The notes below the pieces were generated by a model. It did no database searches, was not told the DNA's origin, and saw only the letters and a program-made list of their open reading frames with translations. A stretch of 64,000 bases of DNA from a virus. The stretch is from IMG/VR virus record IMGVR_UViG_3300035670_000068, positions 1-64,000 of that record; one strand, written 5' to 3'. How positions within the stretch are numbered: the stretch's first letter is position 1; each line of letters begins with the position of its first letter. The translations under genes and the position numbers were made by a program. Positions 1 through 9,276 of the stretch are shown piece by piece.

Positions 1-75
1 GTCATCGCTCTTCGGCGCTCTCTTGCGAAGTGGCTGAATCGGAAGGCTTTATTTTACCACTAACTAACCAGTTAG

Positions 76-705
76 TTACACCCGAGAAGGCAAAAGTGTC
101 TTCGCAAGGTTCTTCCAGGACTGCCCCCAATCCCTCAGTTGGTGAACCAGGGCGATAATGTCGTTCTTCTGCTCCGGGTTCCAAACCGCTTCTTCGATAA
201 GCGGGCAGATGGGGCCGGGTTGCTTGATCAGCCCCAAAATATCTTCGGAGGTAGGCCTCGCTCTCCCCTTGTTCCAGGGTCGGTGCAGTCGTTCGTGAAC
301 TCTTCTAGGGAATGGGCTGCGAAGCTCTTCTGGAAGCTGCTGGGAACCCGCGTAGAACAGCGCGTGTGCGACTTTCTCTGCTTGACCCTCGCTACCCCAC
401 ACGAAGTTTTCTGGATCGTCGTAAAACCGCTCGTAGAGTCGATGCTTGATTACCAGGGAGGCGTGATTCGCTACGTTCGCCAACATCATGTTGGCGGTCA
501 TTTCAGCTTCACCCATGCCGACGCAATTCACTGCAGACAGGCTCACATGAATATCTCCAACCGGCTTCACCACCAGGTTGTATTGGATGCGCTGCGCGCC
601 CAGGTGCTTGAAGTTGAAAAGCAGCTTGTTGACCGGGACTGGCTTGTAAGTGACCTCGATGCAGTCGCCAATGAGGAAGTGACCTCTGAACATTTCTATC
701 TCCAA
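76..705 (-). CDS. Hypothetical phage protein
   Basis: 209-aa ORF co-oriented with the tail operon and flanked by operator motifs at 61 and 730. Confidence 0.65.
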   Translation of the reverse strand: MEIEMFRGHFLIGDCIEVTYKPVPVNKLLFNFKHLGAQRIQYNLVVKPVGDIHVSLSAVNCVGMGEAEMTANMMLANVANHASLVIKHRLYERFYDDPENFVWGSEGQAEKVAHALFYAGSQQLPEELRSPFPRRVHERLHRPWNKGRARPTSEDILGLIKQPGPICPLIEEAVWNPEQKNDIIALVHQLRDWGQSWKNLAKTLLPSRV

Positions 706-752
706 AAGAAAAGCGGCCCGTAGGCCGCTTAACTATCTGCTTAGTGATCTGC

Positions 753-1421
753 CTAGTCAATGGCAGCGCCAATCTGTTTCCTGAACGTGAACGCCTTGTC
801 GGCATCGTCAGGAGCTTGGACTTCATTCGCGTGCTCCGGCTTGATCTTGAAGCCGTAGGTTGTCGCGTTGACAGTCCCATCGTCGTTCAGCTCGATCATC
901 TTGTAACCGTAATACTTGCGGCCAGTGACCTTGTGCGTTGCCTCGATCCAGTATTCGCCCTGCTGGCCAACCACCTTGTCGCTCAGCTTCTCAGCTCCCC
1001 AGAATCGAATCGTGCATTCGTTCACCGGGCAGGCCAGGAGCTTCGAGGTTCGCTTGAACTTGTTGAACGGGTTTCGGCACAACCACAGGTACTGGTTCCA
1101 GAACGATCGCTCTTTACCCTTCACTCTGGCGCTGTGTTTGCCAGATGGCTCACCGAGAGTTCCGTCTTCCAGGTTGTTCCACCAGTCCAGCAGCTTGAAC
1201 GGCGACGCCCAGTATTCCCAGAAGCCAGAACTGCCCTGGTCGATGTACTTTTGCGAGTGAACGCTTTCGGACTCGCCGAACTTGTTCACGGTTTTCTTGG
1301 CAGTCAGCGCGACCAGAATCCCCATCGGGAAGTAGGTCAGCAGAACGCCGATAGAGAACGGCAGCAGAATGCCGATCCATTGCAGCCAGGCTGCGACTTT
1401 GATGCTCAGTGGTGCTTTCAT
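753..1421 (-). CDS. Conserved-type phage protein with N-terminal hydrophobic segment
   Basis: N-terminal TM-like stretch; WWNNLEDG and WLCRNP motifs; ATGA overlap with upstream gene. Confidence 0.7.
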   Translation of the reverse strand: MKAPLSIKVAAWLQWIGILLPFSIGVLLTYFPMGILVALTAKKTVNKFGESESVHSQKYIDQGSSGFWEYWASPFKLLDWWNNLEDGTLGEPSGKHSARVKGKERSFWNQYLWLCRNPFNKFKRTSKLLACPVNECTIRFWGAEKLSDKVVGQQGEYWIEATHKVTGRKYYGYKMIELNDDGTVNATTYGFKIKPEHANEVQAPDDADKAFTFRKQIGAAID

Positions 1422-1765
1422 ACGATTGGCTCTACTTCTTGTTGGCCAGTCACCATGAGGCCCAATCGGTAGGCCACTGTGGATTCCGGCAGTGTGATCT
1501 GGTGCTCGGGGCCGTAGACGGTCTCCAGAGCCTGCAGGTGTTGAACAGCCAGCGATTCGGCGCCGAAGATTTTCTCAGCTGAATACTTGTAGCCAGCGAC
1601 GGTTGCCGGCTGCATCGTGGACATAAAGCCCGGCTCGATTGCGGTGTTGCCAGTTGCTTCCCTGGCGTCGATCAGACCCTGCAGGTATCCAGCGCCGTGT
1701 GCGTCCGGGCCGTACAGCGACAGAAGCAGCCGAAGGTGCTCTCGAAGAATGTCTATGGCGTTCAC
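1418..1765 (-). CDS. Hypothetical protein
   Basis: Overlaps both neighbours by 4 nt (translational coupling). Confidence 0.7.
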   Translation of the reverse strand: MNAIDILREHLRLLLSLYGPDAHGAGYLQGLIDAREATGNTAIEPGFMSTMQPATVAGYKYSAEKIFGAESLAVQHLQALETVYGPEHQITLPESTVAYRLGLMVTGQQEVEPIV

Positions 1766-2208
1766 TGGCCTACTCCCTTGAAGAATGTGTAATCCCGCAG
1801 CCGCATACCAACTCGCTCAGCGAGCTTTCCCCAGCCCCTGCGTCTGGTTGTAAAGACGATCTGACTGCACCCTCTTTCTGCCGCAATTCGCTCGATCTCG
1901 TTGAACGCAGCGACAATGCCGTCTTCTGGATCGCCCGAACGGATGAAGCCCAGCCAGACGTAGAAGTGAGCAGGGCCGATTGCTGGCTGTACGGTGTGAT
2001 GAACGAAGAAACCTTTGGCTACTCCGTCACGGAAGCCAACCACCATTTCGACCTTGCCCTGCAGCAGCGCGTGATAGATATCCGGCGCGAAGGTGGTGAA
2101 ACCCTGGGTTCTGGATATCCGTTTGCAGCCTTCCTCCAGCAGCGGGAAATACTCCTGAAGGTCGTCGTGAGTTGTGAGTTGCTTGAATGTAATCACCAGG
2201 TAAACCAC
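1762..2208 (-). CDS. GNAT-fold (acetyltransferase-like) phage protein
   Basis: C-terminal IERIAAERGCSQIVFTTRRRGW resembles the GNAT C-terminal region; start uncertain. Confidence 0.5.
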   Translation of the reverse strand: MVYLVITFKQLTTHDDLQEYFPLLEEGCKRISRTQGFTTFAPDIYHALLQGKVEMVVGFRDGVAKGFFVHHTVQPAIGPAHFYVWLGFIRSGDPEDGIVAAFNEIERIAAERGCSQIVFTTRRRGWGKLAERVGMRLRDYTFFKGVGQ

Positions 2209-2711
2209 CTTACTCCGCCAGCGCCGCCGAACGGGTTACTTGCAACTGGCGATTGAGTGGCTGAATACCACTGACCGTTGCCGTAATCAGCCCAGGCCCC
2301 GAGCGTGTACGTTGCGATTGGGTTGAAGTTGTTGTCGGTAATTCGAAGGGTTTGCGAACCCGGCTTCGCAGAGCCTGGAGCCGTGCAAAGCCAGATATAC
2401 TTCTTCCCGTCACCAAACGGATCGGCCCAGGCGACAGAGGTCATGTTCTGATTCGAGTAGCCGCCGTCGATGGCGCCGTATGCACCCCAAGGGCTAGCTT
2501 TGTAGCCGTAACCCTTGGCGTCGTTACCAACCACAACCTTTGTTCCAGCCCACTTGCCCGACAGGTCGGACATTGCGATCTGGCCAGAGGTCTTCTGAGC
2601 AAGCCCGCGAACCTGAGCGTCGTTCAGCTCGATGCCATTGGTTTCAGGCCTCTTGAGCTGCACGTTGACCTGGCCAAATGTGATCTGCTCACCTGCAGCT
2701 GGGAGGGCCAT
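2193..2711 (-). CDS. Tail-fibre tip adhesin / fibre-associated protein
   Basis: N-terminus MALPAAG..ITFGQVNVQL..LNDAQVRGLA..SGQIAMSDLSGK is typical of proteins following S74-chaperone fibres; Gly/aromatic-rich C-terminus. Confidence 0.65.
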   Translation of the reverse strand: MALPAAGEQITFGQVNVQLKRPETNGIELNDAQVRGLAQKTSGQIAMSDLSGKWAGTKVVVGNDAKGYGYKASPWGAYGAIDGGYSNQNMTSVAWADPFGDGKKYIWLCTAPGSAKPGSQTLRITDNNFNPIATYTLGAWADYGNGQWYSATQSPVASNPFGGAGGVRWFTW

Positions 2712-5700
2712 TAGGCTACCTCCCTTAGCCTGAGCTCAGCCTTGAGTTCGTCGAGCTCGGCTTTTAGCTCTTTGATAGCCTCGACCAACAGAGGAACCAG
2801 GCGCTCGTATTTCAGAGTCAGGTAGTTCTCACCAGACTTCGAGACGTTCGGGTCTTCCGATACGTCGAACGGAGCCAGCTCGACGGCCTCTGGAGCGACC
2901 TTCTTCACGTCCTGAGCGAGAAGGCCGATCTCTTTCTTGCCACGGTCGTATCCGAATGTCGCCGCCAACTCGTTAGCGTTGTAACGAACGCCGGTGAGTT
3001 GGGTCACAGACCACAGCGCGTTCTCGATAGGCTTGATGTTTTCCTTCAAGCGCTCGTCGGAGTAGTAGGCGATGATGTTGCCGGACGCTGCAATTTGGTT
3101 GGCGACGTACAGAGGCTTGCCGCCGTAGCAGCGCATCCATGTGGTGTCGGTCATGTGCCAGCCGCCGCCATAGGATTCCCAATAGATTCCGTTGCTGCCA
3201 GTTGAGCGCACCCACCCTGTTACATACTGTTCACCATTAACCTTAAAGCTCCCGCCGTACAATTCCAGCAAGTCATCGCTTGACAGAATCAGACGAACGT
3301 CAAAGTCGGTAGAGGCGTCATTGGAAAAGTCGAGGAATGGGGTTCCGCCGTTGGATCGCAACTCAGCCCAAGGAGCATGAGCTCCTCCCGTCATCGAAGT
3401 GGCGCCAGTAAAACTCGGAGAGGCAAGAGGCGCCTTCGCGTCCAAAGCTGCCTGCAAGCCATCGACGTTGCCGATGACGTGATTGTGACTGTCGTCGGTG
3501 ACGATCACTGCAATGCTGACGTTGGCCGAGCCATCGAAAGCGACCGAGCCAGATGCGTCGCCAGTCAGACTGATGGTACGGGCCGTCGTCAGCTTGTCGG
3601 CGGAGCCAGCGCTTGCAGCCTGTTGGTTCGCCAGAGCTGTGATCTGAGCTTGGAGCTTGCCGGCTGCAACGAGAATCGAGTCAGTGGCTGCAATAGCGGC
3701 GTTTGTCGATACGGACAGACCAGTCAGAGCTGCGGCACGAACGTCGGTGGCGAAGTCTCTCCAGGTCTTGTCACCTCGCCAGTAATGAACCGTGCCGCCA
3801 GCTGTGATCGCAGGCTCTTTTGTCGAGTCCGCAATGGTGATGTTCGCAGAGCCGTCGAAGGCCACGCCGTTGATCGTGCGCGAGGTCGCCAGCTTGGTAG
3901 CGGTTGCAGCGTTCTTACTGATGCTGATCGGCCAGTTGTTAGCAAAGTCCGTTGCGTCCACCTGGAGCAGAAGACCGCTTGCAGACCAGCCGATCTTGAC
4001 GATGTTTGTGCTCTGGCCCGCCCCGGTGCCTTGCTGAACAGGGGTGAAGCCCAGGGCAGCCTGTTTCCCGTCCAGGGCAGCCTGCAAGCCATCCACGTTG
4101 CTGATGACGTGGTTGTGACTGTCGTCTACAACCACCACGGTGATGGATGCGTTGGCGGAGCCGTCGAAAGACACCGAGCCTGTGGCATCGCCGGTTAGGG
4201 AGATCGTTCTTGCGGTGGCGAGCTTTGAAGCGGCTACAGCTGTGGCGCCGGCTCCCAGTGCTCCAACATCGGAGGCGTTGAGAGTGACAACTCCAGTTTT
4301 GCCGTTGACCGAGGAAACGGACTCGGTGTTGTCGATCTTGTAGAACTGATCCAGGTTCTTGGAGTAGACGAGCGTATCGCCAACGCCATAAACGTCAGTG
4401 CCGACCGTTCCACCGACCGTCACCTTCCAGAAAGCTGCGGTAGATGGTTTTGTCGGATACACACCAGAGGAAAGATCGATGGAGCCGAGTTCTGACATAG
4501 AGCCAGTTAAGCTACCTGCCGCCAAAACAGCCTGATCTCTGGCAGTTTCAGCAGCGGTCTTTGCAGACTCAGCAGCGGTCTTTGCAGTCTGAGCAGCGGT
4601 CTTGGCGGTTTCAGCAGCGGTCTTTGCAGACTCAGCCGCAGTTTTGCTTGCAGAGGCCGCAGTTGCAGAAGAGGCCGCATTAGATGCGCTTGTCGCCGCC
4701 TTGGTAGCGTGATGCTTCGCGGAGAACTTGCCAGTCTCCACAGCAACGTCAACCGCCTCTTCTGCCCACTTGCCAGCCTTCACCTCACTAGCGCTAGCAG
4801 CCGTTGCGCTGGTAGCCGCTGCAGATGCGCTGGTGGACGCCTCAGTAGCTTTTGTAGATGCGGTAGTTGCGCTGGTGGCGGCGGCGTTCTTGCTGCTGGT
4901 AGCGCTGGCCTCCAAGGAAACTACGTTGGACTGTCGGTTGGTTACGTCAGTCTGACGAGTAATCACATCGTTCTGGCGAGTAATCACATCGTTCTGGCGT
5001 GTCTGCGCGTCAGCAGCGCTGTTAGCTGCTGCAGTGGCGTGATGCTTAGCGGAATACTGACCACCGCTAACCGGGCCGCCAGTCTTTTCAGCCCAGTCCC
5101 TTGCAGTGTTCGACGAGGTTTGAGCAGAAGAAGCAGAGCTGGCGGCGTTAGCTTCTGCAGTTTGAGCGCCAGCCCTAGCCGTTTCAGCGGCAGTCTTTGC
5201 TGTTTCGGCTGCCGTCTTGGCAGCTTCAGCGGCGTTCTTGGCTGTCTGAGCTGCAGTTGCGGAGTTTGCGGCGCCAGTAGCGGAGCCGGCAGCGTTCGTT
5301 GCGCTGGTCGCAGCTTCACTCGCCTTCGTCGAAGCGGTGGTCGCTGAGGCTGCAGCGTTCGTTTCAGAGGTTGCGGCGGCATTCTTCGAAGCGGTAGCGG
5401 AGGTCGCTGAGCTCGATGCGCTGGTAGCCGACGCAGCAGCTTTCAGAGCGTGGTGCTTGGCGGAGAACTGGCCCGTTACAACGGCGGTGTTCTCTGGGTT
5501 CTCTGCCCACTTCTGAGCGAGCGTTGCCGAGGCCGCTGCGGCGTTTTTGTACCCGAGAATTTGATCAGCCCAGGTCTGCTGGTTGCCGATAGCTAAGAGT
5601 CGCGCTTCGGCGTCGGTCAGAGCGGCCTGAGTCTCGTCAATCAGGTCTTCCTGCTGCTGGACGCGAAGGTTGTGCTCGTAGTCGAGCTGTCGCGGGCTCT

Positions 5701-6097
5701 TCAGATAGACGGTCACGCCATAGCGATCTGTCATCGGGAACTTGCCGGCGTCTGCAGCTCCGGTCGTGACCGGCTCAGCGTTGATCCAATCAACGAACTC
5801 GTCGAGGGTTCGCTGACGGTCGGTCAGGAACTCTTCGATCTTCTTCATCAGATCGAAGTTGCTGGCGTTGGTCAGGTTGCGAATGATTGCGAACGGAACG
5901 CCGGTTAGGTTTGCTCCGGTCCAGGCGGTAGCCAGCTTGAGCTTGGTGTCGGATTCTGCGCGAACGATCTCGGTCAGAACGCCGTTCACCAGCAGAATGT
6001 CAGAGAAGCGAACTTCGGATTTGAAGGCGGTGCCGACGCCGACAACATCGACACTGCCGTTTACGAGGTTGATCTTGCCTTCGCGATACCAGGACAT
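2711..6097 (-). CDS. Long (side) tail fibre with C-terminal intramolecular chaperone (Peptidase S74)
   Basis: Ala/Ser/Thr-rich stalk, 3x WAE..G.[FY]SAKHHA, 3x KL.T.RTI..V.FDGSAN, C-terminal SDERLKENIKPI..YERLVPLLVEAIKEL. Confidence 0.9.
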   Translation of the reverse strand: MSWYREGKINLVNGSVDVVGVGTAFKSEVRFSDILLVNGVLTEIVRAESDTKLKLATAWTGANLTGVPFAIIRNLTNASNFDLMKKIEEFLTDRQRTLDEFVDWINAEPVTTGAADAGKFPMTDRYGVTVYLKSPRQLDYEHNLRVQQQEDLIDETQAALTDAEARLLAIGNQQTWADQILGYKNAAAASATLAQKWAENPENTAVVTGQFSAKHHALKAAASATSASSSATSATASKNAAATSETNAAASATTASTKASEAATSATNAAGSATGAANSATAAQTAKNAAEAAKTAAETAKTAAETARAGAQTAEANAASSASSAQTSSNTARDWAEKTGGPVSGGQYSAKHHATAAANSAADAQTRQNDVITRQNDVITRQTDVTNRQSNVVSLEASATSSKNAAATSATTASTKATEASTSASAAATSATAASASEVKAGKWAEEAVDVAVETGKFSAKHHATKAATSASNAASSATAASASKTAAESAKTAAETAKTAAQTAKTAAESAKTAAETARDQAVLAAGSLTGSMSELGSIDLSSGVYPTKPSTAAFWKVTVGGTVGTDVYGVGDTLVYSKNLDQFYKIDNTESVSSVNGKTGVVTLNASDVGALGAGATAVAASKLATARTISLTGDATGSVSFDGSANASITVVVVDDSHNHVISNVDGLQAALDGKQAALGFTPVQQGTGAGQSTNIVKIGWSASGLLLQVDATDFANNWPISISKNAATATKLATSRTINGVAFDGSANITIADSTKEPAITAGGTVHYWRGDKTWRDFATDVRAAALTGLSVSTNAAIAATDSILVAAGKLQAQITALANQQAASAGSADKLTTARTISLTGDASGSVAFDGSANVSIAVIVTDDSHNHVIGNVDGLQAALDAKAPLASPSFTGATSMTGGAHAPWAELRSNGGTPFLDFSNDASTDFDVRLILSSDDLLELYGGSFKVNGEQYVTGWVRSTGSNGIYWESYGGGWHMTDTTWMRCYGGKPLYVANQIAASGNIIAYYSDERLKENIKPIENALWSVTQLTGVRYNANELAATFGYDRGKKEIGLLAQDVKKVAPEAVELAPFDVSEDPNVSKSGENYLTLKYERLVPLLVEAIKELKAELDELKAELRLREVA

Positions 6098-6148
6098 TGC
6101 CCACACCTAGAAAAATCTGAATGAGCAGTATTATAACTAACTAAGGCG

Positions 6149-6529
6149 TTAGTTAGTAGTCCAACGCTCCAAGCGGAGATCAGCCATCGTGACCCGATCA
6201 CCTGCTTCGAGAGCGTCTTTCAGCTCCTTGGCCCGTTGGAAGACGTTCAGCGTGTGCCGGCCCATCAGGCTCTCCGCTTTGACCATCAGATCGTACAGTT
6301 CGGCCCGGTTCATCCTCGCACTGGTGTTGTCGTAAAAGAACCACTCGACCTCTTCACCCTCTTCCATACTGGAGATCACGTCGCGCATCCGCTGCCTGCT
6401 GATGTTGTCAAACTGGAGCAGCTTTCCTTCCACTCGAATGACGGTCTCAGCAATGCGCCTGGAAGAGTTGATATCGCCCTTGGTGGCCTCGATCAGCGAT
6501 CTCGGATCGTGATTACCCAACGATGGCAT
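6149..6529 (-). CDS. Tail fibre assembly-like protein (DUF4376-like)
   Basis: Position next to fibre; FD..SRQRM..VEWFFYDNTS pattern. Confidence 0.55.
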   Translation of the reverse strand: MPSLGNHDPRSLIEATKGDINSSRRIAETVIRVEGKLLQFDNISRQRMRDVISSMEEGEEVEWFFYDNTSARMNRAELYDLMVKAESLMGRHTLNVFQRAKELKDALEAGDRVTMADLRLERWTTN

Positions 6530-6911
6530 TTACTTCTACCTCTTTGGCTGGGAAGTTGGAGAACTTGAAGTAGTAGCTGCCCGGCTCGTTCGTCGACCAC
6601 TCGATGAAGCCATCATCTACCTTCGTTCTGCCGCCCGGATAGATCAGGTCGGTGCCTACCGGGATTCCTTCGATCCGAAGCACTTCGCCCACTGCCAGGT
6701 AAGCGTCGCCCTGGATGGACAGCGCCATTTCCGGTCTGGGTTCCGGCGAGCCGTCCTTGATGTAGAACTCGCGACCGTCTACTTCAAGATCGAGAATGGC
6801 TTCGAGGTCTTCTCGACCCATCTTTTGCAACAAAACGCTTTCCTCGTCGGGCGCCACGACGTTCATGACGATTCGCCCAGACTGTTTTTCGTATAGCAGA
6901 CCTACTTTCAA
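6513..6911 (-). CDS. Tail-associated protein
   Basis: Coupled ORF in tail operon; YE..SGRI N-terminus and beta-rich C-terminus. Confidence 0.55.
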   Translation of the reverse strand: MKVGLLYEKQSGRIVMNVVAPDEESVLLQKMGREDLEAILDLEVDGREFYIKDGSPEPRPEMALSIQGDAYLAVGEVLRIEGIPVGTDLIYPGGRTKVDDGFIEWSTNEPGSYYFKFSNFPAKEVEVNAIVG

Positions 6912-7669
6912 TTTCTTCTCCTGTAATTCGCCTCTATGTATGGCGACGGGTTCATCAGGTGAGATATCGAATCCAACCTGGGTTCATCGAGCTCGAAGCC
7001 AGCTTTCTTCATCGCCTGGTCAATCTCGGATGGAAAGTAAGGCTTCCAGTGAGGCTGCAGCAGCCAGTGCCGGAGTTGCTTCTCTTCCTTGATCATCCGA
7101 TCAACGAACCGCCTCTTGCTGTCGGTAAGCGGCATCGAGCTAACTAAGCTGTGAATTAGCATTTTAGCCTGAGTCATATCGCCAAGCGATAGCCACAAGT
7201 CTAGGAACGCCTCTCTTACCCCTTTCAGATCGCCCCAGAAGAACTCAGAGTCGTACCCGAAGTGAGCTACCGTTCCTGCCATCGAGCACTTCCCCAACAG
7301 AGAAAATACCTGCTCGAATGCCTGCTCTGGAATCCAGGACAGAAGACCTGGTGAGCCTATGAATCCGAAGGAGCCAATGCTCTCGTCGATCTCGGAAAAG
7401 TCCGCTCTGATGTATCTGACGTTCGCCGGCGCCATTCTTCTGGCCGCTTCGATATAGCCCCGATTGAAGTCGATGCCGACAATGGACCAGTCCGGGTTTC
7501 TCAAAGCCATATCGTTGACCGCGATTCCGTCCCCGCAGCCTAGAATCAAAGCGGACTTTAGCTCCGCTCTTTCTATAGCTCTCTCGATTCTCGGCATCTG
7601 CGCTGAGAGATAACTGGTCTCTGCGGAAAGTTGGTAGTTGGAAACACCGTTGATCATCGCTTTCTGCAT
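6908..7669 (-). CDS. Class I SAM-dependent methyltransferase
   Basis: Motif I LILGCGDG, motif II VGIDFN, ADFSEI, GLLSWIP. Confidence 0.8.
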   Translation of the reverse strand: MQKAMINGVSNYQLSAETSYLSAQMPRIERAIERAELKSALILGCGDGIAVNDMALRNPDWSIVGIDFNRGYIEAARRMAPANVRYIRADFSEIDESIGSFGFIGSPGLLSWIPEQAFEQVFSLLGKCSMAGTVAHFGYDSEFFWGDLKGVREAFLDLWLSLGDMTQAKMLIHSLVSSMPLTDSKRRFVDRMIKEEKQLRHWLLQPHWKPYFPSEIDQAMKKAGFELDEPRLDSISHLMNPSPYIEANYRRRN

Positions 7670-8211
7670 CCTACGGTTACAGCTCCCAGGAAGACCAGTT
7701 TGATCTCGCCCGTTCCTGTCTGATTGCTCATAGTTGGCGAATCCTGCAGCACCAAACTGTACGAGGTAGCAGAGTTTGCGCTGATCTCGAAGTCGATGAA
7801 ACGAACCACCTGCATAACTGGAATGTAGCCGACAAGACCACCGCCTTTGTCTGCTCTCTTATATTCGGTATTGATGTTCACCGCTTCTGTTCTGTACAGG
7901 GCGCCATTTTTGTACAGGTGAATGTACCCAATGGCATTGATACCCTTCGCTTCGATTCGCATTGGAACAATAATGTCCGCTACCCTGGCAAAAGGCTGGG
8001 CCGGAATTGCGAAGTCCACTCTTTTGGACTCAGCTGCGAAGTTGAAACCGTAATAGGCGGAAACTGCGCCATCGCGGATATTCACTTCTCTAACCGCCTC
8101 GATATTGTCAGACGAGAATGTTCCAGAGAACGTCCCGGATGCACCGACCATTCGACCGCGAAAGATCGCGTTTGCGTCGTTGAACTCTGCCCAACCAGCT
8201 GGAATCGTCAT
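7654..8211 (-). CDS. J C-terminal-like tail tip module 3
   Basis: Begins AEFNDANAIFRGRMVGASGTFSGTFSSDNIEAV; paralogous to the two upstream ORFs. Confidence 0.7.
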   Translation of the reverse strand: MTIPAGWAEFNDANAIFRGRMVGASGTFSGTFSSDNIEAVREVNIRDGAVSAYYGFNFAAESKRVDFAIPAQPFARVADIIVPMRIEAKGINAIGYIHLYKNGALYRTEAVNINTEYKRADKGGGLVGYIPVMQVVRFIDFEISANSATSYSLVLQDSPTMSNQTGTGEIKLVFLGAVTVGCRKR

Positions 8212-8666
8212 GTATTAGCCAACCCTGTATTTCTGATGTACCTGCAGAAGATATAACCCTTCACCGAAGTTCCGGTGAATCCCGATATCAGTCTTACGTT
8301 ATGAACGCCCTTTGCGAGCGGGATGATCTCTACGAAAGGCAGAAGCTCGAAAGACGGACCTCTTCTGTTTCTATTCGGCCTTGTTGCTCCGTTCACCTGG
8401 AGCGCAGAAGCTCCGTGCCCAAAAGCGATGATCTCGATCCATGCGTTGTTATCCGGCACGTTGATATTCCCGGACAGCATCACACCACCCTGCGCAACCG
8501 CAATGCTCGAATATCGGAAGAAGAAGTTGTAAGTTACCTGGTTGCCGGCGATGTTGATCGTATCGACGGCATTTACAGCCTTCGCAGTCAGCTTGAAGCG
8601 CGCCTGTCCTGTCGCACCTCTCAACTGACCGCGAAACATCACGTTGGATACTTCGATATAGGACAT
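8208..8666 (-). CDS. J C-terminal-like tail tip module 2
   Basis: Begins IEVSNVMFRGQLRGATG..LTAKAVNAVDTINIAG. Confidence 0.7.
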   Translation of the reverse strand: MSYIEVSNVMFRGQLRGATGQARFKLTAKAVNAVDTINIAGNQVTYNFFFRYSSIAVAQGGVMLSGNINVPDNNAWIEIIAFGHGASALQVNGATRPNRNRRGPSFELLPFVEIIPLAKGVHNVRLISGFTGTSVKGYIFCRYIRNTGLANT

Positions 8667-8667
8667 A

Positions 8668-9276
8668 TCACTTCCTGATGTAGTCTGCCCGAATTGTCAC
8701 GTCGTAGAACTCTGGATATACGTTCGTCGGGTAATCGTGCCAACGATATTGCAGAGCAATTGTGTGATACCCAGGTCCAACCTTCGCGGACACTTCATGG
8801 AAGAAGTATTTGAACACCCGATAGAACCACTTGAACTGAGTGGACTTAGGCGAAGTGAAAACCACCTGGCCGTCGATCAGAATCCTGTACTCAGTCTGGA
8901 AGCGGTCGTTATCCTGCCGCTGGTCGTTGATGTAATACTGGATGCCCGCAGTCACCCAGCCACCCTGCCAGTCACTACTCGGCACCTGGAAGCTGAGCGT
9001 GTGAACGCTTCTCCAAACCGAGTCGTCGTCGAAAATATCAGGCACATACCCGATGTAGCTGACGGTGGTGATAGCAGTCGCCCGGCCAGCGATTGTCAGG
9101 TTCTTCACAGCGTCGATTGCATTGGCAGTCAGTGCGCCGTCGAAGGTTCCCTCCATAGCGGACACATTGCCGTTGAAGATCGCGTTGTTGAACTCTGCCT
9201 GGAAGGCTTCTGATACCACCACCCCGTCGCCTCTATCGTATTCCAGGGTGATGGTGCCTACTTTTTTATGATCCAC
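8668..9276 (-). CDS. J C-terminal-like tail tip module 1, probably expressed as a -1 frameshift extension of J
   Basis: AEFNNAIFNGNVSAMEGTFDGALTANAIDAV; lies in the -1 frame at A_AAA_AAG 9267-9261. Confidence 0.75.
   Translation of the reverse strand: MDHKKVGTITLEYDRGDGVVVSEAFQAEFNNAIFNGNVSAMEGTFDGALTANAIDAVKNLTIAGRATAITTVSYIGYVPDIFDDDSVWRSVHTLSFQVPSSDWQGGWVTAGIQYYINDQRQDNDRFQTEYRILIDGQVVFTSPKSTQFKWFYRVFKYFFHEVSAKVGPGYHTIALQYRWHDYPTNVYPEFYDVTIRADYIRK
9215..9267 (-). other. Putative programmed -1 ribosomal frameshift signal (A_AAA_AAG plus 12-bp hairpin)
   Basis: ATA AAA AAG TAG ends J; 5 nt later ACCATCACCCTG (9255-9244) pairs with CGGGGTGGTGGT (9226-9215). Confidence 0.75.

Noticed and set aside
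7141-7158. Additional operator copies (7141, 28495, 35016, 43437)
   Set aside because: Only one half-site matches well; excluded from the count.
7654-9276. Shufflon or DGR explanation for the three tip modules
   Set aside because: All three are co-oriented, similarity is at protein level only, and no invertase, reverse transcriptase or TR/VR pair is seen.
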